Below, piece after piece: positions 26,975-34,425 of a stretch of 64,000 nt of DNA (its first letter is position 1; every line of letters begins with the position of its first letter). The notes below the pieces were generated by a model. It was not told the DNA's origin, made no database searches, and saw only the letters and a program-made list of their open reading frames with translations. The stretch lies in assembly GCA_038064835.1 (NCBI GenBank), contig JBBTSD010000001.1:234361-298360 (forward strand), given 5' to 3'. A program made the translations under genes and the position numbers. The DNA is from Patescibacteria group bacterium. GTDB taxonomy: Bacteria > Patescibacteriota > Minisyncoccia > Phycocordibacterales > UBA2100.

Positions 26975-28940
26975 TATTTCTATGGGCTTACTTACTGAAC
27001 TTTTGGTGATTACTGGGTGCGCCGCACCATGTGTCGCGGGTTTTGTGGTTCTCCTTGCCCCGCACCGGAACACGGTCATGCAATCAGTGCTTGTTCTCGG
27101 TTCTCTCGCCGGCTTTTGCGGGACCATCCTTTCGTTCTTTATTGAGAATCCAATTTTCGCGTTGCTCGCACCATACACTATGGTTGACGCGGTGTCTTTG
27201 TTCTTTCTGTTGCTTGTTTTTGCAGGAACGGGCATCACCTCGTTTTTTGCCATCGCGTATGTACCACTATACAAGTATGCATTTCCCGCATCACGCGTGA
27301 ACGGAGCAACAGCATTTTTTGTGACCGGTATGCTGGGTGTTGTAGTTGCAGGGAGCGTTCCGCTGTTCCTTTTCTTTTGGGAAGTAATGTCTATAGCAGC
27401 ATACTTTCTGGTAGTTTCTGATCGTTCGGCAGAATCTATTAAGGCCGGACTCATTTACTTCGTCATGACCCATCTGGGGCTTGTTTCACTCCTTGGTGGA
27501 TTTGCGCTGATTGCGCCCGACTCGATTTTTGCTACCTGGCAAGATGTGGTAATTGCCGCGGGCGGAGCGTCCTACTGGTCGTTGGCGTTTGCCTTCGCGC
27601 TTTTCTGCATTGGATTTGGGTCAAAGGCTGGAATAGTGCCATTTCACGCATGGCTTCCGTATGCTCATCCGCAAGCTCCAAGTCACTCATCCGCACTTCT
27701 CTCTGGCGTTATGCTTCCTGTCGCTGTGTTTGGTTTTATTCGCATCAGCTCGCTATTTCCCTTTATCCCATTTGAATGGGCGTGCATGGTGATTGCGGCA
27801 GGACTCCTCTCCGCCTTCTTCGGGTCACTGCACGCCGCTGTCGAAAAAGATATGAAAAGACTGCTTGCCTATTCGTCAATTGAGCACATGGGGCTGATCT
27901 TTACCGGCATAGGCGTTCTATTGGTCTTGAAAACCGCACCACATGAAATTGCGGGGCCACTCATCGAGGGGGTTTCATTGTTCATAGCGCTTCATCTCGT
28001 CAATCATATGTTTTTCAAGGCAGGGCTTTTTATGTCTGCTGGTATCGTCGCCGCTAAGACACACACACGAAACCTGGATGAGTTGGGAGGTCTCGCAAAA
28101 CGCTGGCCTCTCTTTTCTGGGGGCGTTTTGCTCCTCTCGCTTTCGGCAGCAGCTCTTCCGCCTCTCGGTACTTTTTTTGGTGAGTGGGCTTTGATGCAAT
28201 CACTCGCACTCGGTATTGCTCAGCTACCTTTGCTTTTTGCGGGCGTTCTTTCCATTGTGCTTATGGTTGTCGCGCTCGCTGCTGGTCTTGCGCTCCTGGC
28301 ATCAATCAAATTGTTTAGTGTTGCATTCTTGGGACGAGCGCGTACAGAAAAAGCGGCGCATGTTGAGTCCTTGCCGTGGTCTTTGATGCTGGCTCCTCTG
28401 TTCTGTGCGGTGGGAGGGGTTCTTACTGCATTTATTGCCGTTCCATTTTTTGCGGCCCACACAATGCGGGGGGCAAACATTGTGTTTTCAGACATTAGTC
28501 TTGCCCCGACTGCCAGCGTAAATGTATGGGCGACTGCTGCCACGGTCCTCGTATTGGCCGGTCTCATACTGCTAGTGAGACGCTTGTTTGGTGCAGAAAA
28601 AGTTCGTATCACGGCAACATGGGATTGTGGTGCGCCACTCACGCCACGGATGCAATACACTGCAACAGGATTTGCAGGACCCGTTCGCTTCTTTTTTCGC
28701 CCGTTTCTCTTTTTAAAGAAAACACTCACCGTGACCCCGCTTGCAGGACATTCGTGGATTGCGAGTCGCGTGCTCATTTCAGAAGTAGGATCTGTCTGGG
28801 AGCGATGGGTGTACCAGCCTGTTGCGGATAGTGTGCTTTCAGTCGCGTCGTATGCAGCGCGTATACAAAGCGGAATAGTTCAGGTATATATTCTCATAAT
28901 TTTTGTGACCCTGGTTGCAACACTTACGCTCGCCATATGA
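26958..28940 (+). CDS. NuoL/MnhA-like antiporter-type membrane subunit (HyfB/EhrA-like)
   Basis: 660 aa, about 16 TM segments. WLPYAHPQAPSHSSALLSGV matches the NuoL/M/N signature [22 protein letters not shown]. The start overlaps the stop of the preceding gene. Confidence 0.75.
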   Translation: MREFVDISMGLLTELLVITGCAAPCVAGFVVLLAPHRNTVMQSVLVLGSLAGFCGTILSFFIENPIFALLAPYTMVDAVSLFFLLLVFAGTGITSFFAIAYVPLYKYAFPASRVNGATAFFVTGMLGVVVAGSVPLFLFFWEVMSIAAYFLVVSDRSAESIKAGLIYFVMTHLGLVSLLGGFALIAPDSIFATWQDVVIAAGGASYWSLAFAFALFCIGFGSKAGIVPFHAWLPYAHPQAPSHSSALLSGVMLPVAVFGFIRISSLFPFIPFEWACMVIAAGLLSAFFGSLHAAVEKDMKRLLAYSSIEHMGLIFTGIGVLLVLKTAPHEIAGPLIEGVSLFIALHLVNHMFFKAGLFMSAGIVAAKTHTRNLDELGGLAKRWPLFSGGVLLLSLSAAALPPLGTFFGEWALMQSLALGIAQLPLLFAGVLSIVLMVVALAAGLALLASIKLFSVAFLGRARTEKAAHVESLPWSLMLAPLFCAVGGVLTAFIAVPFFAAHTMRGANIVFSDISLAPTASVNVWATAATVLVLAGLILLVRRLFGAEKVRITATWDCGAPLTPRMQYTATGFAGPVRFFFRPFLFLKKTLTVTPLAGHSWIASRVLISEVGSVWERWVYQPVADSVLSVASYAARIQSGIVQVYILIIFVTLVATLTLAI

Positions 28941-29872
28941 CACTTCTTTTCGCATGTATAAATACCATAGTGATTGTTGCGATCGCCCCACTGACCATTG
29001 GTATAATCCGGAAAGGAAAGGCATATTTGCAGAATAGAAGAGGAGCATCAATTTTTCTCCCATACCTGCAAATTGCGTCACTTATGCGCAAGGAGATGAC
29101 TATAACGGAACATAGCTCATGGGTCTTTCGTAGTGTCCCGTTCGTTGTGCTTGCTAGCGCACTTTTTATAACTATCGCTATTCCTGCGGTGGTTATCGGA
29201 GTGATGCCCAGTGCCCTCACTAATATATTTGTGGTTGTGGGTGCGCTTGCGTTTGGTGCGGTTTTTCTCGTGATGGGCGGAATGGATACCGCTAGCACAT
29301 TTGGCAACATGGGATCCAGTCGAGAAATGACATTATCCGCTCTCGTAGAGCCCGTGATTGTTATCACCCTCTCCACACTTGCACTTCTGGCGGGGAGTTG
29401 GGGAGTGGACGGTATTCTTACAAACGCAGTTTTGAATCCATGGGCAGATGGTGGGGCATTCGCACTCACGCTTTGCGCGCTTCTGTTGATTACACTTCTT
29501 GAAAATGCTCGTTATCCAGTCGACAACCCTGCAACCCATCTCGAGCTGACCATGGTGCATGAGGCAATGATTTTAGAGTACTCGGGCCCGTATCTCGCGC
29601 TACTTGAATATGCAGCGGCAATCAAGCTTACAGTGATGGCTGTTTTTGTAGCAAACCTTGCGCTGCCATACGGACTGGTGGTGGCACCAGTATCGCTTGT
29701 AGGCATTCTGGTGGGCATCAGTTTGTTCTGCGGGAAGGTCGGACTTGCTGCCTTGGTGATTGCGCTAGTAGAGACCCTGGTTGTAAAAATGCGTTTCTAT
29801 CGAATGCAAGAGTATGTGTTACTCTCGCTTGCATTTGCCCTCGCTGGCTTGAGTGTTGCTCTACTCACCTAA
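28937..29872 (+). CDS. NuoH/HycD-like membrane subunit (EhrB-like)
   Basis: 311 aa. IRKGKAYLQNRRGASIFLPYLQ resembles the N-terminal loop motif of the NuoH/HycD family. ATGA start/stop overlap. Confidence 0.65.
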   Translation: MTLLFACINTIVIVAIAPLTIGIIRKGKAYLQNRRGASIFLPYLQIASLMRKEMTITEHSSWVFRSVPFVVLASALFITIAIPAVVIGVMPSALTNIFVVVGALAFGAVFLVMGGMDTASTFGNMGSSREMTLSALVEPVIVITLSTLALLAGSWGVDGILTNAVLNPWADGGAFALTLCALLLITLLENARYPVDNPATHLELTMVHEAMILEYSGPYLALLEYAAAIKLTVMAVFVANLALPYGLVVAPVSLVGILVGISLFCGKVGLAALVIALVETLVVKMRFYRMQEYVLLSLAFALAGLSVALLT

Positions 29873-29880
29873 TACATAGT

Positions 29881-30528
29881 ATGACTTCACTATCAGATAT
29901 AATTGTTATTTTTTCAGGCGGTATCTTGCTGGTGTCATTTTTCATGGTAAGCAGGATGCGCCTGAGGACAATGGTTTCTTTGTTCCGTGCGCAGTCTCTC
30001 TTGCTCGCTGGGTACACCAGTGTACTCGCACTTATTCTGGACGAGCCTGCCATGCTCATACCCGCCGGATTGATATTTGTTGCGAAAGTATTCGCCGTGC
30101 CTTACTTGATTCGTTCGTCCAGTAGGCGGATGAACGCTTCAGAGCGCCTCTCCTCCTTCTTGCGTCCTACAGGGTTATCAATTGCGGCACTTGTTTTAAT
30201 TAGCGGAGCTTTTCTCGTCGCACAATCACTGCCGTTCACTACATCAGAGCAGGGGATTGTGGGTACCGCTTTTGCTCTTATTGCACTCGGGTTTCTTCTG
30301 CTTGTAACACGCACAGATATGTATGGGCAGACGCTCGGTTTTCTGACGCTCGAAAATGGCATTTTTGCTTTCGGGCTTTCGCTCACCCATGGTATGCCGT
30401 TACTTGTCGAGCTCGGCGTTGTATTCGATGTTATGGTTGCATTCCTTCTGATGACGGCACTGTTGGCGAGAGCCCAAAAAGAATACCGATCAGTAGGTAC
30501 TGAAAACTTACGCGAGCTTATCGGCTAA
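29881..30528 (+). CDS. Small polytopic membrane subunit (HyfE/EhrC-like)
   Basis: 215 aa with about 6 TM segments. The size and operon position correspond to HyfE. Confidence 0.45.
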   Translation: MTSLSDIIVIFSGGILLVSFFMVSRMRLRTMVSLFRAQSLLLAGYTSVLALILDEPAMLIPAGLIFVAKVFAVPYLIRSSSRRMNASERLSSFLRPTGLSIAALVLISGAFLVAQSLPFTTSEQGIVGTAFALIALGFLLLVTRTDMYGQTLGFLTLENGIFAFGLSLTHGMPLLVELGVVFDVMVAFLLMTALLARAQKEYRSVGTENLRELIG

Positions 30529-30536
30529 TTACTTGT

Positions 30537-32015
30537 ATGCTTCCTTCTCTCCTACTGCTCTCATCTTTGGCAAGTGGCGTGCTGGTATTTATAGTGCGGC
30601 CCGATCGATTTGTGTGGGGGGTTGCTTTTCTCGGCTCATGCATTGCTCTGGGGTTTGGAGTTTTTGTTGGAGTCATTGCGATCACTGGTGGTGGGATTTT
30701 TGGAGGGGGTGCATGGTACCTCAATGGGATCACCGGCGTTATGGTGGTCTTGATAGCAGTGATTCAATTCACTGCGACACTCGTGAGTATTTCACATCTC
30801 TCACATGAAGTGCATCACCAGGTGGTGACAGTGGCGCAGGCGCGCCGTTACTTTGCACTCCTGTCACTCTTCACTCTTTCTATGTTTGCTAGCGTGATGG
30901 CCAACAACCTGGGCATTCTGTGGGTTGCTCTGGAAGCAACGACCCTCGCAACCACGCTTCTTGTCGCATTCTATGCCCGTCCAGGATCACTGGAGGCCGC
31001 GTGGAAGTATCTCACGCTCTGTTCTGTAGGAATTGCTATCGGACTCTTGGGTCTTTTTGTGGCCTACTATGCTGCCTATGTTGCCCATGTGGGCGATCGC
31101 CTCACCAGTATCCAGTGGACAACATTGTTCGAAAACGCACACCTCCTTTCTCCCGAACTTATGCAGTTTGCATTTGTCCTTGTGCTCATCGGTTATGGCA
31201 CTAAGGCGGGATTTGCGCCAATGCACGCATGGCTTCCCGATGCACATTCTCGCGCCCCTGCGCCTATCTCAGCACTTCTTTCCGGAGTGCTTTTACCTGT
31301 TGCTTTTTTTGCAGTGATTCGTTTCAAGGCAATCGTTGATGGAGCGATGGGTGGAAGCGAATGGAGCAGCAGCCTCCTTATCATCTTTGGTGTGTTTTCT
31401 ATAGTAGTTAGCGCGATTTTTATCGTGCGGCAAAGTGATTACAAACGACTGCTTGCCTATTCATCGATCGAACATATGGGTATTGCGGCGTGTGCTTTTG
31501 CACTTGGTGCCTTCGGATCGGTTATTGGTCTAGTGCACATTGTCGGGCACGCTCTCATCAAGTCCGCCTTGTTCTTTGGTGCGGGCGAATTGTTCCTTCG
31601 TTTCAAAACAACGCTCTGTTCCCGTGTTGGTTTTATTTCAGAAACACTTCCACTGACCGCGACATCATTCACTATCGCTCTAGGTGCGTTACTGGCTATC
31701 CCCCCGTCTCCTCTTTTCTTTACTGAGTATCAGCTCGTGTTGTATGGCATGCGCTTTGAGCCGCTTTCTATTTCGCTCCTGCTTGTTGCTTTGGTGGTTA
31801 CCGCGGCTGGCTTCATGAGAACTGTGGTGCCTCTTTTAGTGGCACCAGCGACTGCTGTTGAAACACATGAAGTCCCCAAGGGTGAGTTCTGGACATTGGC
31901 TCATGTAGCAGTGTATGTGCACTTGCTGCTTGCCGTTATGTTGGGTGTTATGGTATGGACGCCACAAGGCCTGGCCTTTTTTGCGCATATTAGTATGGTG
32001 TCACCACACATATGA
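30537..32015 (+). CDS. NuoM/N-like antiporter-type membrane subunit (HyfF/EhrD-like)
   Basis: GYGTKAGFAPMHAWLPDAHSRAPAPISALLSGV is the canonical antiporter-subunit motif. 492 aa. Confidence 0.75.
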   Translation: MLPSLLLLSSLASGVLVFIVRPDRFVWGVAFLGSCIALGFGVFVGVIAITGGGIFGGGAWYLNGITGVMVVLIAVIQFTATLVSISHLSHEVHHQVVTVAQARRYFALLSLFTLSMFASVMANNLGILWVALEATTLATTLLVAFYARPGSLEAAWKYLTLCSVGIAIGLLGLFVAYYAAYVAHVGDRLTSIQWTTLFENAHLLSPELMQFAFVLVLIGYGTKAGFAPMHAWLPDAHSRAPAPISALLSGVLLPVAFFAVIRFKAIVDGAMGGSEWSSSLLIIFGVFSIVVSAIFIVRQSDYKRLLAYSSIEHMGIAACAFALGAFGSVIGLVHIVGHALIKSALFFGAGELFLRFKTTLCSRVGFISETLPLTATSFTIALGALLAIPPSPLFFTEYQLVLYGMRFEPLSISLLLVALVVTAAGFMRTVVPLLVAPATAVETHEVPKGEFWTLAHVAVYVHLLLAVMLGVMVWTPQGLAFFAHISMVSPHI

Positions 32016-33550
32016 CCCTTTCATTATTGCGCGAACAAATAGGTGTGGCACAAGGGTCGAACGATCTTGTTTCGATTGCCAGAGCCGAGTTTCGTACTAT
32101 GGCCGTGCGTTGTGTGCAGGCGGGTGCGCCACTGGTGTTTATGTACGCGCTTGACGAGCGATCGACGCGTCGTGTGTTTGTTGTGCGTGCAGTGTTTTCT
32201 GTGCCTGGATCGGGATTCCTCACCCTCACCGTCGATGTTCCTGAGCAAGAGTTATCCTACCCGTCTCTAACTACGGAAATCATGGCCGCCCACTGGTTCG
32301 AACGGCTTATCTTCGATCAGTATGGTCTAGTGGCTGAAGAGCATCCAGATTGGAGGCGACTCATGCATCATGAAAATATTCCTGCACATGTGTACCCGTT
32401 GCGCAAGGATTTTGCGTGGAACACCAAGCTTCCTTATGCGAGCGAACCATATCCCATGCACGCGGTGCAGGGCGATGGTATCTATGAAATCCCTGTGGGA
32501 CCAATTCACGCAGGAATTATTGAGCCAGGTCACTTTCGTTTCAATGTACGAGGTGAGAGAATCGTCACACTCGAAGGAAAGTTGTTTTTCAAACATAAAG
32601 GAGTAGAAAAACTAGTCGAAGGAAAAACCCCTGCAGAGGCACTGCCTTTTATTGAACGGGTGTCCGGTGACATGGTAGTGGCACATACACTTGCGTTTGC
32701 AGAAGCAGTTGAGCACGCATCCGGCATGTCAATAAGTGCGCGTGCTGATTCGTTGCGTATGCTGTGGCTCGAAATGGAGCGACTCACGGCTCATATCTTT
32801 GACATTGGCAACATGGGGGGTATGGGGACTGGATTTACTTTCATGGCGGCGCAGTGTTTTCGTGTAGTTGAGGAGTTACGACGCATGCACTATGCAATTG
32901 TTGGGCATCGATATCTCCGGGGTGCAATCACGCTTGGCGGCGCTCACGATATTAGTCAAAAGAATAGAGAAGATCTCGATGCGTTACTGACAAAGGTTGA
33001 AACCGAGCTCGAGACGCTTTGCGGGATTGCGTATGCGAATGATGGCCTCATGGAACGATTTGAAACAACCGGGGTTCTTTCTCGTGCTGCAGCGATTGCC
33101 TACGGTGCGCGTGGAGTGCCGGCCAGAGCATCTGGTGTTACTAGTGACATGCGTCGCGATCATCCGTCAGGTGCTTATACTCGCATCCCGGTAACGGTTG
33201 CTACCAAGACTTCTGGGGATGTGCGCGCACGGTTTTCGGTCCGTGTCCTTGAATGTGCAGAATCTCTTCGTTTGGCTCGTCTCTGTTTGACGCAACTGCC
33301 ACAAGGACCGGCATATACAAAGTTTTCGGTGCATGCAGGAAGTTCGCTTGGATGGGCTGAAAGTTTCCGTGGAGCAGTCATTGATTGGGTACGCATTGAC
33401 ACATCGGGAAAGTTGGATCGTGTAGCGATATCCGATCCGTCATTCTGTAACTGGTCACTGTTCGGAGAAATTGGCCCCGGCAACATCGTCCCCGATTTTC
33501 CTTTGTGTAACAAAAGCCTTAACCTGTCGTACTCAGGAACCGATCTGTAG
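32012..33550 (+). CDS. Fused NuoC-NuoD / hydrogenase large-subunit homolog without Ni-Fe binding cysteines (EhrL-like)
   Basis: N-terminal NuoC-like region, then a NuoD/HycE-like region (GPIHAGIIEPGHFRF). No N-terminal CxxC is present. The C-terminal motif is DPSFCNW instead of DPCxxCxxH. ATGA overlap with the upstream gene. Confidence 0.75.
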   Translation: MTLSLLREQIGVAQGSNDLVSIARAEFRTMAVRCVQAGAPLVFMYALDERSTRRVFVVRAVFSVPGSGFLTLTVDVPEQELSYPSLTTEIMAAHWFERLIFDQYGLVAEEHPDWRRLMHHENIPAHVYPLRKDFAWNTKLPYASEPYPMHAVQGDGIYEIPVGPIHAGIIEPGHFRFNVRGERIVTLEGKLFFKHKGVEKLVEGKTPAEALPFIERVSGDMVVAHTLAFAEAVEHASGMSISARADSLRMLWLEMERLTAHIFDIGNMGGMGTGFTFMAAQCFRVVEELRRMHYAIVGHRYLRGAITLGGAHDISQKNREDLDALLTKVETELETLCGIAYANDGLMERFETTGVLSRAAAIAYGARGVPARASGVTSDMRRDHPSGAYTRIPVTVATKTSGDVRARFSVRVLECAESLRLARLCLTQLPQGPAYTKFSVHAGSSLGWAESFRGAVIDWVRIDTSGKLDRVAISDPSFCNWSLFGEIGPGNIVPDFPLCNKSLNLSYSGTDL

Positions 33551-33600
33551 AATTCGGTCACATCTTCCAAAAAAGAAGTCCGCACTAATGCGGACTTTTG

Positions 33601-34290
33601 CTAACTAAGAAGTCGTTGGCGAATGACCGCCATAGCTTCTTTGCACATATGGGCATGAGAGAGAGCAGCGTTCAACATGTGCGGAACCTTCTGTCCGTGC
33701 CCGGGGTCGAAGTACGCGTCAATAATGGCCTCTTCTTTTTCGATAAAACTGTGGCAAGCATCTTTGCCCATCCCGACCAGCACAGAAGAGGCAAGATAAC
33801 AGCTAACAACTTCACTGTCCGCTCGGGTAATGAAATACTCGGGCGGCTCGATTCCCTGCTCTTTGATGCGCGCGGCCACAATACCGTGGTGCATTGAAAG
33901 GACTTCGTTGTCCACACTTTCGCAATCAACGCATGCGGTTGCGTAGAGAACGGCGTTAAGCCCATAGCCGTCAGTAATTACGACATCATGTGCCGCGAGC
34001 GCTGGCTTCAAGTGTCGCGCATTGAATTCATTCAGGTGCGCCCAACATTTGAATAGGCGCGTTACAGGGTGCTGTGTTCGCTCACTTTCAGCCCATAAAA
34101 GTGGGTGTGGCAGTTTCCCAAACGGGTCCTCCAGGAAGGCACATGAATGTTGAGGAAATGTGATTGGCACCGTGCGCTTGAGTCCTTTGAATACCTCTGT
34201 TCGTCCGCTTCCTCGCATTCCTGAAACGGAAAAGAAATGGACTTTCTTGGCAGACTGGCTCTGCTGTTTCTGTGCTGTGCTTTCGTGCAT
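33601..34290 (-). CDS. Thymidylate-kinase-like protein with atypical P-loop (GSGRTE, Lys to Arg)
   Basis: Aligns to dTMP kinase: VSGMRGSGRTE versus EGxDGxGKTT, IKPALAAHDVVITDGYG versus IKPAL....VIxDRY, and a LID-like region. The track start is TTG 34344; the first ATG is 34290. Confidence 0.5.
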   Translation of the reverse strand: MHESTAQKQQSQSAKKVHFFSVSGMRGSGRTEVFKGLKRTVPITFPQHSCAFLEDPFGKLPHPLLWAESERTQHPVTRLFKCWAHLNEFNARHLKPALAAHDVVITDGYGLNAVLYATACVDCESVDNEVLSMHHGIVAARIKEQGIEPPEYFITRADSEVVSCYLASSVLVGMGKDACHSFIEKEEAIIDAYFDPGHGQKVPHMLNAALSHAHMCKEAMAVIRQRLLS

Positions 34291-34425
34291 GTAACCCTCT
34301 TTCAGTGCGGTCGCTATGGTACTCCGGGCATTGCTAGTTTTCAAATGATCTTTGTGTTATGGAAACAAGAAAAAGAAGGGCGCGAGCCTCACTTTTTGGA
34401 GCACTCTCTATGGTATAGTGCCCCC

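Noticed and set aside
34237-34425. 5' extension of the helicase-nuclease ORF (MDFLGRLALLFLCCAF...)
   Set aside because: It overlaps the divergent TMK-like gene on the other strand. The conserved helicase N-terminus with Walker A begins after ATG 34426.
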